A stretch of DNA of 64,000 nt from positions 6,465 through 70,464 of the forward strand of contig CAUJJW010000111.1 in assembly GCA_963205105.1 (NCBI GenBank), given 5' to 3'. Position 1 is the first letter of the stretch, and every line of letters begins with the position of its first letter. The notes under the pieces were generated by a model that was given only the letters and a program-made list of their open reading frames with translations, searched no databases and was not told the origin of the DNA. A program made the position numbers and the translations under genes. This DNA is from Verrucomicrobiota bacterium (GTDB taxonomy: Bacteria; Verrucomicrobiota; Verrucomicrobiia; Limisphaerales; CAIMTB01). This document shows, piece by piece, positions 26,936-36,069 of the stretch.

Positions 26936-28030
26936 GTGCACCTGGCCCACCTTCGCCTGCGCGACTTCCGCAATTACGCGCGGCTCGACGTGGATTTCGG
27001 GCCTGGCTTTCACCTCGTGCTCGGCGACAACGCCCAAGGCAAGACCAACGTCCTGGAAGCCATTTACCTGCTCGCCACTCTCCGCTCCTTCCGCGGCGTC
27101 GGCGGCGCCCAAATGGTCCGCCACGGCGCCCGCGGCTATTTCGTAGGCGGCCGTCTCGTCGCCTCCACCGAGCACCAGCTCAAGATGTTCTGGTCGGCGG
27201 GCGAAAAAAAACTGTCGCTCGACGACCAGCCGGTGAAGCGCCTGACCGACTACTACGGCCGGATGCGTTGCGTCGTTTTTTGCACCGAGGACCTGCAATT
27301 GGTGAAGGGCACCGGCCGTATCCGACGCCGTTTCATTGACCTGCTGCTGGCCCAAACCCCCGGCAACTACCTCACCACACTCCAGCGGTATCTCAGCGCG
27401 CTCCAATCCCGGAACGCCCTGCTCAAGAAACCCGATCCGGACCCTGCGGTGATTGGACCGTTCACCCAGGAACTGATCACCGCCGGCAACCAACTCATGC
27501 AGGGGCGCCACGAGCTCGTACCCCGCCTCTCCGCCCTGGCCCGACTCGCCTACCGCCGCATCAGCAACGACGCCGAGGAACTGCGCATCACCTACGCGCC
27601 GTCGGTGAAGGGTGATTTTTCCGTCGAACTCGCCCAGTCGGCCGCCCGCGAACGCATGATGCGGGTGACCATGGTCGGCCCCCATCGGGATGAACTCCAC
27701 CTCCTGCTCAACGACAAACCCGCCGCCCAATATGCCAGTGAAGGCCAGAAACGTTCCCTGGCCATCGCCCTCAAAATGGCCCAGGCCGAATATCTGACCG
27801 GCCTCACTGGCACGCCACCCATCCTCCTCATCGACGATGTCATGGGCGAACTCGACGCCCGTCGTCGCGCCGGCCTGATGCCGCTGCTGGAACGGGCGGA
27901 ACACGCCCGCGGCCAGGTGTTCATGACTTGCACCCAGGAAAACTGGCCCCGGGAACTGGGACGCCGACTCCGCCGTTGGCAGGTGCACCAAGCCGTCCTG
28001 ACCGCCGGTCCCGAAACCCAACCGGCCTGA
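26936..28030 (+). CDS. recF: DNA replication and repair protein RecF
   Basis: MHLAHLRLRDFRNY..., Walker A GDNAQGKTNVLEA, signature ASEGQKRSLAIALKMA, Walker B PILLIDDVMGELD. Confidence 0.9.
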   Translation: MHLAHLRLRDFRNYARLDVDFGPGFHLVLGDNAQGKTNVLEAIYLLATLRSFRGVGGAQMVRHGARGYFVGGRLVASTEHQLKMFWSAGEKKLSLDDQPVKRLTDYYGRMRCVVFCTEDLQLVKGTGRIRRRFIDLLLAQTPGNYLTTLQRYLSALQSRNALLKKPDPDPAVIGPFTQELITAGNQLMQGRHELVPRLSALARLAYRRISNDAEELRITYAPSVKGDFSVELAQSAARERMMRVTMVGPHRDELHLLLNDKPAAQYASEGQKRSLAIALKMAQAEYLTGLTGTPPILLIDDVMGELDARRRAGLMPLLERAEHARGQVFMTCTQENWPRELGRRLRRWQVHQAVLTAGPETQPA

Positions 28031-28176
28031 CGACCGTCACCGATTCGACTACCCGTTGAGTCGCAAATCCTTCCGCCGGCCCGTTTTCCGCACCCGTCCA
28101 TGGCAACTACTACTTTTGGCCCGGCTGCATTCCATTGCTGGCGCCCCGGCACTTTCGGCTTATTCTGGCTCACCGC

Positions 28177-29187
28177 ATGAGTAATTCGGGCCCGGATCTA
28201 TTAACGACATTGCTCCGGGATGTCTCACGCTCGTTCTATCTGACGCTCCGACTGCTGCCCCGCGAAGTGCGGCCGCAGATCGGGCTGGCGTACTTGTTGG
28301 CCCGCGCCACCGACACCATCGCCGACACCGAAGTGGTGCCGCTGCACCAACGGCTCTCCGCCCTGGATCACCTCCGGAGCCGCATCCTGGGCCACTGTGA
28401 CACGCCCATCGACTTCTCAGGCCTGGCCGACAACCAGGCCCTGCCGGCGGAGCGAGCCCTTTTGGCGCGCATCGAGGAGGCCATCACCGTTTTGGGGACC
28501 CTCCCCTGCTTCGACCGCTGCTGCATCCGGGAAGTGGTTCAAACCATCACCAGCGGGCAGGAACTCGACCTCCAACGCTTCCACTCGGCGAAATCCCACC
28601 AGATCGTCTGCCTCACCAACGACGCCGAGTTGGACGACTACACCTTCCGTGTGGCGGGTTGCGTGGGCGGTTTTTGGACCCGCGTCTGCCGGTCGCACCT
28701 GTACCCCACCGCCCCCCTGGATCTGCCGGCCTACCTGGAGAACGCCGTCCGCTTCGGCAAGGGCCTGCAATGCGTCAACATCCTGCGGGACATCCCCGCC
28801 GATCTCGCCCGAGGCCGCTGCTATATCCCCGGTGAAGGACTGCGGGCCGCCGGACTGCAACCCTCCGACCTCACCCAACCCGAGGCCATGGATCGGTTCC
28901 GCAGTCTCTACCAGCAGCACCTGGAAACCGCGGCGGAACATCTGGCAGCCGGTTGGCGGTACACCTGTGCCACGCCCCGAAGTCAGTTACGGGTCCGCCT
29001 CGCCTGCGCCCTGCCGCTGCTCATCGGCGTCGAAACCCTCCGCATGCTCGGTCGGGGCAATGTTCTGGACGCCTCCCACCGCATCAAGATCCCGCGACGC
29101 CGCGTCCGCACGCTGCTCATGCAATCCCTCCTGCTGCACCCCTTCCCCCAGCGCTGGGAATCCTTGTTCCAACCGTTCCTGGGTTGA
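28177..29187 (+). CDS. Squalene/phytoene synthase family protein (HpnC/HpnD-like)
   Basis: LLRDVSRSFYLTLRLLP...AYLLARATDTIADT (first Asp-rich motif), ELDDYTFRVAGCVG, and NILRDIPADLARGRCYIP. Start taken at MSNSGPD. Confidence 0.75.
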   Translation: MSNSGPDLLTTLLRDVSRSFYLTLRLLPREVRPQIGLAYLLARATDTIADTEVVPLHQRLSALDHLRSRILGHCDTPIDFSGLADNQALPAERALLARIEEAITVLGTLPCFDRCCIREVVQTITSGQELDLQRFHSAKSHQIVCLTNDAELDDYTFRVAGCVGGFWTRVCRSHLYPTAPLDLPAYLENAVRFGKGLQCVNILRDIPADLARGRCYIPGEGLRAAGLQPSDLTQPEAMDRFRSLYQQHLETAAEHLAAGWRYTCATPRSQLRVRLACALPLLIGVETLRMLGRGNVLDASHRIKIPRRRVRTLLMQSLLLHPFPQRWESLFQPFLG

Positions 29188-29227
29188 ACCACGGTTCCAC
29201 CCTCAACCTTCAGCCGCCAGCGCCCAC

Positions 29228-30127
29228 TCACGCACCGCGCGGCGCACCTCGCCGGATCTCCTCCTCGTAGCCGGATCGGAAGTCGGGAAAACGCGGGGTC
29301 CATCCCAGCTCGCGTCGAATCCGCAACGCCACCACCCGTTTGTTGGTTCCCCCGCGCACCCTTCTTCCCGGAGCGGCCGATGACTCACCTGCAGTCAAGT
29401 TTTTCGTCCCCACGGGCGGCATTCCCAAACGTCCCGCCAGCCACCCATAGAACTCCGCTTCCGTGCACGGAGCGCCATCGCTGACGTTGTAGATCCGACC
29501 CGGCTTTCCCCGCTCCAACGCCGCGACGATCGCCGACACCAGATCATCGCAGTGAACCATGTTCATCCAGCGCGATCCGTCCCCCGACATCCGCGACTCC
29601 CCCCGCTCCATGGCTGCCAACCGATTCCGGCCCGGTCCGTAAATGCCGGCAATACGCAGCACCATGGCCGGGAACCCGCCCGGCACCGCGTCCAACAACA
29701 CGTCCTCCGCCTCGCGCAGAATGCGCCCCGTACCGCCCACGGCATCCGTCGACCCTTCTTCATCCACTTCGGATCCATCGTTCTGCGGGTAAACCCCGGT
29801 GCTGCCGGTGAACACCAACGCCTTCGGCGGCGCGGCACCGAGCCAACTCACCAGGTTCCGGGCGCCATCCCGGTAGACCGAACGATACGCCGCCTCGCCC
29901 CCATCCGCGGGAGCTACACAAGCGACCACCCAATCCCACCCCGACGGCAACCGTTTGAGTTCCTCCAGAATCGCCAGGTCCGCGTGAAGTGGTTCGATGC
30001 CCCGCTCGCGCATGGGCGCGGGATCGCCGCCCGGGCGTCGGATCCCGGCCACGACATGGCCGTCGTTCACGAGCCGGGCGCCGAGCTGCAACCCCACGTA
30101 ACCACATCCAGCAATCAATATTCTCAT
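29228..30127 (-). CDS. NAD(P)-dependent epimerase/dehydratase (extended SDR) family protein
   Basis: MRILIAGCGYVGLQLG Rossmann motif at the N-terminus, about 300 aa, and a fold-typical VHCDDLV segment. Confidence 0.75.
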   Translation of the reverse strand: MRILIAGCGYVGLQLGARLVNDGHVVAGIRRPGGDPAPMRERGIEPLHADLAILEELKRLPSGWDWVVACVAPADGGEAAYRSVYRDGARNLVSWLGAAPPKALVFTGSTGVYPQNDGSEVDEEGSTDAVGGTGRILREAEDVLLDAVPGGFPAMVLRIAGIYGPGRNRLAAMERGESRMSGDGSRWMNMVHCDDLVSAIVAALERGKPGRIYNVSDGAPCTEAEFYGWLAGRLGMPPVGTKNLTAGESSAAPGRRVRGGTNKRVVALRIRRELGWTPRFPDFRSGYEEEIRRGAPRGA

Positions 30128-30171
30128 ACCCAATGAACTCCCTTGCGCAGCATCCTTGCAGCTGCCGATAA

Positions 30172-30357
30172 GGACCGATTCCGATGCAGCTCACGCCAAG
30201 CTGGGAAGACGCCAAGAAGAACTGTCTTTGACAGCGGCCCGTACCCAGGAGGAATGGCAAACCGCAAGGTGTCCGCGGTTGGAATGCTCCCGATCCGGCA
30301 CTCTCATCATCTTCCTTGGCGTCTTTGCGTCTTTGCGTGAACCCCATCGATTTCATG
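30172..30357. mobile_element. RepC copy 1: MITE-like element with ~40-nt terminal inverted repeats
   Basis: Left arm GCTCACGCCAAGCTGGGAAGACGCCAAGAAG; right arm CTTCCTTGGCGTCTTTGCGTCTTTGCGTGAACCCCATCGATTTCAT. It overlaps the 3' end of the acyltransferase CDS. Confidence 0.75.
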
Positions 30358-31434
30358 CCCATGGCGCTGATCCAAAAACCGCCCTCGCCAGCGCAGCGCC
30401 GGCTGTTCCACCAGAAAATAACTCGCAGCCGCCAGAGCCACGGCCAGGGGAATGTTCCACGGGAGTTTCTGCCAGACATACAGCGGTTCCTTCGGGAGAA
30501 ACAACTGCTGCCAAAGGTAGAGGCTGTAGGAAATGCGTCCGACCCAGGCCACCGGCGCCCACTGAAACACCGCCAGAATCACCGCTGCCCGGCCTTCGAT
30601 CAGCACCTTGATGACCAGCGCAATCCCCAGCAGTTCGAGCGGAATGCGCGCGGGCAACAAAAAGCCCGGCAACGGAAGCACCAACGCCAGCGCCACCAAA
30701 AGCACTCCCGAGAGAAATGCCGCGTACCCGCGCCAACTTGGCCCCGACAGCAGTCGGCGAAACGGAGCTTCTCGCTGGGCCAGGGCGAGCAGCGCACCCA
30801 CCAGCAGGGCGTCGTACATCAGATCCGCCCGTGACCAGTTCAGGTTCTTCGCCTCAAAAAGCATCATGTTCGCCTGCCGCCACACCGGAGCGAACGCGCA
30901 CAATCCCAGAGTCACCCACAACCGCACCTTCCCCGGCACCCAAAACAACAGCAGCGGCCACAGCAGGTAAAACTGCTCCTCAATGGCCAGGCTCCAAAAA
31001 TGCGCCGTGTAATACGAACCGCCGGTGAGGTTCCGAAAAAAGAACAGGCACCCCAGCCCATCCCACACCGCGATTCCGAGCGGCATGAAGGGCGAAAGCA
31101 CCATCAGCCCACCCAGAAACAACAGCACCGGCGGCAGAATGCGAAACGCGCGGCGGATGTAGAAATCACGCAACGAAAACGCCCCGCGCCGTTGTTCTTC
31201 CTCCAGCAACAGCCAGGTGATGAGGAAGCCGCTCAGCACGAAGAACACCGTCACCCCATGCACGCCCCGGCTCGCGAAGCCACCCAACCACGCCGGAAAC
31301 GCCACCGAATACCCGGCATGCAGCAGCATCACCCACACCACCGCAAAAGCCCGCACCCCGTCCAACCCCGGCAGCCGGTGTCGTGTGGTCGCCGGCGAAC
31401 CGCTCGCAGGGGTTGGCGCTTCAGGCGCGGTCAC
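30307..31434 (-). CDS. Acyltransferase family 3 (membrane O-acyltransferase)
   Basis: LPGLDGVRAFAVVWVMLLHAGY, about 10 TM spans, and HFWSLAIEEQFYLLWP. The last ~16 codons (HEIDGVHAKTQRRQGR) and the stop codon lie in RepC copy 30172-30357. Confidence 0.8.
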   Translation of the reverse strand: MTAPEAPTPASGSPATTRHRLPGLDGVRAFAVVWVMLLHAGYSVAFPAWLGGFASRGVHGVTVFFVLSGFLITWLLLEEEQRRGAFSLRDFYIRRAFRILPPVLLFLGGLMVLSPFMPLGIAVWDGLGCLFFFRNLTGGSYYTAHFWSLAIEEQFYLLWPLLLFWVPGKVRLWVTLGLCAFAPVWRQANMMLFEAKNLNWSRADLMYDALLVGALLALAQREAPFRRLLSGPSWRGYAAFLSGVLLVALALVLPLPGFLLPARIPLELLGIALVIKVLIEGRAAVILAVFQWAPVAWVGRISYSLYLWQQLFLPKEPLYVWQKLPWNIPLAVALAAASYFLVEQPALRWRGRFLDQRHGHEIDGVHAKTQRRQGR

Positions 31435-31438
31435 AGGC

Positions 31439-32929
31439 TCATTTCGGCTCCAGCGTCAGAGGATCGCGCAGCGGCAGTTCCACCAGCGGACCGCGGGTCA
31501 GGTCTTCCAGCTTCACCGGATGGTCCGGGTGCCCTTTCAGAATTTCCTCCTTCTGCCCCACCGCCAGCACCACCAGACGGTCGGTCTGAAGCCATTTCGC
31601 CGCCATCCGCTGCACGTCTTCCCGGGTCACCGAACCAATCCGTCGCCGATAGTCGCGCCAGAATCCCGGGTCGCGCTCATAGCGGCCGCTGAATTCGTCG
31701 CTCGCAAATTGCCCCGCCACTTGCGCCTTGTTCGCAAAGCGCCGCGGAAAGGTGTCGATGAAGGAAGCCTTCGCCGTGGTCAGTTCATCCTCGGTCACCG
31801 GCTCGGTCGCGATCTTCCTCAGCTCCGACAGCACCAACTGGGTCGCGTACGCCACCGTCCGTGACTTGGTCTGGAAACTCGCCTGAAAGGCCCGTGCCAC
31901 CGTCATGCCCTCCGGGAACATCGAGCCCGCCGAGTAGGCCAGGCCTTCCTCGGACCGCACCCGGTTCATGATGCGCGAGGTGAACCCGCCGCCACCCAGG
32001 ATGTCGTTCATCACCGTCACGGGCAGGAAGTCGGGATGTTCCCGTCGCAGCCCCGGCAGCAGCAGGCTGACGCGCCCCTGATTCACATCCTTGTTCACGA
32101 TGTAGAATCCGGGCTTCGCAAAGTCGGTCTCCGCAGGAATCGGCGGCGCCTGTTCACCCGGGAACGGCCAATCCGCCAGCAGTTTCTCCAGCAGCGCCAC
32201 CATGTCCGCCCGTGCGAAATCCCCGCTCACCGCGATCACCATGTTGCGCGGGTGAAACCAGCGCCGGTGAAATGCCTCCAGGTCTCCGCGTCCGATCCCC
32301 TGAATGGAGGCCGCGGTCGGCAGCCGGTTCAACCAAGTGTTCGTCCCGTACGCCAACCGGTCGCGTTCGCGGTCCTCAATGTCCGCTGAATCGTCGTTGC
32401 GCTGCTTCAAGCCCTGCAGCGTCTGTTCCTTCGCCAGTGCCACCCGATTCTCCTGGAAGCGCGGCGTCGCCAGCACGTCGCGCAGCAACTGCATCCCGTC
32501 CGCGAGATCCTTCGAAAGCAGGTTCAGTCGAACCTGGCCCTGCGCCTCGCCAATGCCCGCGCTGAGCAGCGCCGCCAGAAAGTCCACCCGCTCATCCAGT
32601 TCCTCCGCGGTCCGTCCTCCCGCCCCGCCGCTGGCCAGCACGGAACCCGTCAGCGCCGCCAACCCCGCCTTGTCCGCCGGTTCCAAATACTGCCCGGTGC
32701 GCACCAGCACGGAAATGGTCACCAGCGGCAGTTCGCGGTCCTCGATCACGTACGCCACCGGCCCGGCTTTCAATTCGACCCGGTAAACCGCCGGGTCCGG
32801 CGGTTCATAGGTCAGCGCGGGAAACTTCAGTTTCTCCGGACGCTCGGGGATGTCCGCGGCGAACGACGACACCGCCAGCGTGGTGAGGGCGATGACGACG
32901 AAACGGAGGGCTTGGTGCAGGGAGAACAT
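31439..32929 (-). CDS. M16-family peptidase, non-catalytic (no HxxEH) partner subunit
   Basis: Internal ATG MFSLHQALRFVVIALTTLAVSSFA (signal peptide) of ORF 31439..33391; upstream codons are repeats. Insulinase-like body without a zinc motif. Paired with the adjacent catalytic M16 gene. Confidence 0.75.
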   Translation of the reverse strand: MFSLHQALRFVVIALTTLAVSSFAADIPERPEKLKFPALTYEPPDPAVYRVELKAGPVAYVIEDRELPLVTISVLVRTGQYLEPADKAGLAALTGSVLASGGAGGRTAEELDERVDFLAALLSAGIGEAQGQVRLNLLSKDLADGMQLLRDVLATPRFQENRVALAKEQTLQGLKQRNDDSADIEDRERDRLAYGTNTWLNRLPTAASIQGIGRGDLEAFHRRWFHPRNMVIAVSGDFARADMVALLEKLLADWPFPGEQAPPIPAETDFAKPGFYIVNKDVNQGRVSLLLPGLRREHPDFLPVTVMNDILGGGGFTSRIMNRVRSEEGLAYSAGSMFPEGMTVARAFQASFQTKSRTVAYATQLVLSELRKIATEPVTEDELTTAKASFIDTFPRRFANKAQVAGQFASDEFSGRYERDPGFWRDYRRRIGSVTREDVQRMAAKWLQTDRLVVLAVGQKEEILKGHPDHPVKLEDLTRGPLVELPLRDPLTLEPK

Positions 32930-32954
32930 CCGGTTCGCGGGCCAGGAATTGGCA

Positions 32955-33350
32955 GGGAATCCGGGGGGCGAGACGCCCCCCTCTACGGCAGGCGGGACGC
33001 CCGCCGCTACGGACGAACCGTTCCGGTGAAGGCCCGGAGGGCCGAAAGAACGGAAGCCCATGGCGTTAGCCATGGGTGGCGAGTTGAATGGTGTTTCGAG
33101 CCCCGGAGGGGCGACAGAACCGCCCGCGTTGGGGTTACTTTCGGGGTAACCGACGACGCTCAGCCCTGACCCTTCCTTTCTGATCGCCCCTCCGGGGCTT
33201 TGGGCTTCCCTCAGGCCTTGTCCCCACGGCTCACGCCGTGGGCTAGGGTTCTCCCGCCCCGTCCGGGGCTGGGGAATCGATCGGCTCACTGGTGATGCAC
33301 CGTCGGGGAATCCGGGGGGTGGGGGAGCCTGTTTCAACCCTCGCGAGGGC
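32955..33350 (-). repeat. Composite RepA(-) 32955-33022, RepFb 33035-33125, RepFa 33181-33285, RepB fragment 33315-33350
   Basis: The same A-Fb-Fa order occurs at 50649-50940, and inverted at 54695-55015. Here it lies between the two cistrons of the M16 peptidase pair. Confidence 0.85.
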
Positions 33351-33417
33351 TTCGGGCGATCTTGTGCCGCGGCTTTGGAAAAGAGGAACATGGTGGTGTT
33401 GAGCTCGATGCGTTGCG

Positions 33418-35238
33418 TTATTTGCCACCCAGTTCAGCCAGGCGTGCCTCGACCTTTTTACGCAGGATTTTCTGGAATTGCTGACGTTTGGGATCGCCCC
33501 CAGCGCCTTGGGATTCCAACTGGGCCAGCATCGCCTTCAATCGTGCGGCATCGGTCTCCTGCCGGAGCATGCCCATCACCTGGCGAATAACCGGCAACTG
33601 GTCCGGCCCCAACCCAGCCAGGTCCGGGTCCTCGGAAGCACCGCTTCCCGAGGCCTTGCGGGTGTACGTCGCCACCGCGCGATTCACCGGAGTGAAATAG
33701 GTCTCCACCACCCTTCGGACATCGGCCGCCGTCACCGCCTGAATCTTCGCCCCGGCCGCGTTCACTTCGCGCCAATCCCCGCTGCCTTCCTCCGACATCA
33801 ACTGGATCAGGATGCGCATGTTCGACACCAGCTTCCGGTACTCGGCGGCAGCGAACGCGTTCTTCACCTTCTGCAATTCCAGGTCGGGCACTTCCTCCTT
33901 CTTCAGCCGCTCCAGTTCCTCATCGATCGCGGCTTCGACATCTGCGGGGGTTTTCCCATCGCGGGCTTCACCACCCAGATTGAACAGGCCCGCCCATCGA
34001 CGATGCTCCGATCGCGCAAAGACGTCGGAAGCCACTTCCCGGCCCACCACCAGTCCCTTGTAGAGACGGCCGGTGCGTCCCTCCAACAACTGGGCCAGCA
34101 CATCCAGGGCGTAGGCGTCCCGGTGTCCGGCCGGTACCGTGTGGTAGTTGATGTCCACCTGCGGATTGGCCTCCGCCTCGGCGTTCATCCGTTTCTCGGC
34201 CTGCTGCGCCGGTTCGGTGGTCAGGACTTCCGGTACGGGTTGGTCCCCGGCCGGGATGCGTCCGAAATAGCGCTCGATCAGCGGCAGGCTCGTGTCTGCC
34301 TTCAGATCCCCCACCAGCACCAGGGTGATATTCCGCGGCGCATAATAGGTGGCGTAGAATTGGTCCGCATCCGACTTGGTGATCGCGGGAATGTCCGAGG
34401 CCCACCCGATGACCGGCCAATGATACGGGTGCGCCTCCCAGAACATCGACTGAAGGGTCTCCTCAAACTTGCCCAGCGGCGTCGATTCCGTGCGCATCCG
34501 ACGTTCCTCGAACACCACGTCGCGTTCGGCATAGAACTCCCGGAACACCGGCCGCAACAGCCGCTCGCTTTCCATCCAGCACCAGAGTTCCAGTTTGTTG
34601 GCGGGAACGGTGATGAAGTAGGCGGTGAGATCGTAGCTCGTGAACGCGTTCATGCCCGATCCGCCCTGGGTCGTGTAAATCCGGTCGAACTCGTTCTTCA
34701 CCAGCAACGCGCGCTGTTCGTCGATCAGCTTGCGGAATTGAGCCTCCAGTTCCCGGTACTTCGGCGTCTGGTTCTCCAGCTTGGTCGGATCGTCGATCTC
34801 GCCCCGCCGCCACGCCGCACGCACCAACCGTTCTTCCGCGCGCATCGCCTCCCGCACCCGCTCCTGTTCCTCGATGATCGCCAGGTCGCGGGTGGCGTCC
34901 TGGGTGCCGATGGTTGGAGTCCCCTTGAACAGCATGTGCTCGAAGAGATGGGCGATGCCGGTGATCCCCGGGCGCTCGTTCGCACTGCCGACCCGGACCA
35001 CGAACCCGGCCGAGATGGAAGGTTCGTCGTGTCGCTCGACGAACAGAACCTTGAAGCCGTTGGCCAGGGTCTTCTCGATCACCGGCACCTGCTGCGCCCA
35101 CGCACCTAACGTGGCCAGCCAACCGGCGAACAGTGCCAACGCTGCCCAACCCGGCGTCGATCGACGGAACTGTCCCTTCAGAACGGTCTGTCTTGTTTCT
35201 CGGTGCCTCGGTGCCTCGGTGGTGAGAACTCGGTTCAT
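33418..35238 (-). CDS. M16-family zinc peptidase (insulinase/pitrilysin-like), catalytic subunit
   Basis: Internal ATG of ORF 33418..35799, located in a CTCCATGAACC repeat terminus. Signal region WAALALFAGWLATLGAWAQ. Zinc motif HxxEH in GIAHLFEHMLFKGT, with the downstream E of EERRMRTE. Confidence 0.85.
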   Translation of the reverse strand: MNRVLTTEAPRHRETRQTVLKGQFRRSTPGWAALALFAGWLATLGAWAQQVPVIEKTLANGFKVLFVERHDEPSISAGFVVRVGSANERPGITGIAHLFEHMLFKGTPTIGTQDATRDLAIIEEQERVREAMRAEERLVRAAWRRGEIDDPTKLENQTPKYRELEAQFRKLIDEQRALLVKNEFDRIYTTQGGSGMNAFTSYDLTAYFITVPANKLELWCWMESERLLRPVFREFYAERDVVFEERRMRTESTPLGKFEETLQSMFWEAHPYHWPVIGWASDIPAITKSDADQFYATYYAPRNITLVLVGDLKADTSLPLIERYFGRIPAGDQPVPEVLTTEPAQQAEKRMNAEAEANPQVDINYHTVPAGHRDAYALDVLAQLLEGRTGRLYKGLVVGREVASDVFARSEHRRWAGLFNLGGEARDGKTPADVEAAIDEELERLKKEEVPDLELQKVKNAFAAAEYRKLVSNMRILIQLMSEEGSGDWREVNAAGAKIQAVTAADVRRVVETYFTPVNRAVATYTRKASGSGASEDPDLAGLGPDQLPVIRQVMGMLRQETDAARLKAMLAQLESQGAGGDPKRQQFQKILRKKVEARLAELGGK

Positions 35239-35729
35239 GGAGAGCCAACTGTTCGAAATCGACCTGCTCACGGCCCTTGAACCGGGGATTCCGGGGGGCG
35301 AGACGCCCCCCTCTACGGCAGGCGGGACGCCCGCCGCTACAGAGGCACGGTTCATGGAGAGCCACCTGTTCGAAATCGACCTGCTCACGGCCCTTGAACC
35401 GCGAAATTGTAAGTCGTTGGAAATCAACGAAACGATTTCACGGTTCATGGAGAGGAACGTTTTCCAAAAATTGGACACGTATGGGGACCATGAACCGTGG
35501 AGCGAGCGGCCCTCATCCCGGCCTTCTCCCGGTGGGAGAAGGAGAATATTTTCCGCGGGTGTCGGAGGGTGGAGAAGGGGGTTGGCTGGAGCGAGTCGAG
35601 ACGGCTCGGTCGGCTGGAGTTCCGGCATGTCGCCGTGCGGGATCTGCGGCTCCCTCTCCCTCCGGGAGAGGCCTGGGGTGAGGGGGCCGGTTTCAACCCT
35701 CGCGATGGCCGGCATGGGAAGGTTCATGG
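35230..35729 (-). repeat. Mosaic repeat island: RepD(-) 35232-35283, RepA(-) 35276-35356, RepD(-) 35349-35400, RepE(-) 35393-35450, RepJ(-) 35442-35496, RepB(-) 35488-35729
   Basis: Six modules in a row, each separated by GGTTCATGG or CCTTGAACC junctions. The first junction contains the M16 start codon (35238). Confidence 0.9.
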
Positions 35730-35862
35730 AGAGTGGGCGGTTTGATTCCAAACAGGCAGTTCCCCCAGTTGCCGTCGCTCGGCTCATTCCTGATTGCACG
35801 GGCTCGAACTTGGCGGATTCCAGGGCCCGGTCAACGCGACAACTGACCTGCGCCGCCTTCCA

Positions 35863-36056
35863 GTGAAACCGATCCGGATGAACTCACGCCAAGGCGCAAA
35901 GACGCAAAGACGCAAAGAGGCGAACGAGCACAAGGACTTCCACGACGTGGTTCCACGAATCCAAAGGCTTTGGGCGGTTGAGAGATTTCCGCTCCGGCCT
36001 TTTCGTGTCTTACCTTTGCGTCTTCGCGGCTTTGCGTGAACCCCATCGATTCGATC
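35863..36056. mobile_element. RepC copy 2 (MITE-like, TIR element)
   Basis: GTGAAACCGATCCGGATGAACTCACGCCAAGGCGCAAAGACGCAAAGACGCAAAGAGG ... CCTTTGCGTCTTCGCGGCTTTGCGTGAACCCCATCGATTCGATC. Confidence 0.75.
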
Positions 36057-36069
36057 TGAAAAACATCGC

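Noticed and set aside
28030-28177. Searched the non-repeat intergenic gaps (for example 28030-28177, 6386-6496, 21908-22130) for tRNA, tmRNA or other classical RNA genes and strong intrinsic terminators.
   Set aside because: I could see no cloverleaf-compatible sequence with a T-loop GTTCRANNC motif. I found only one weak terminator-like hairpin (6393-6424). A tRNAscan or Infernal run would be the decisive check.
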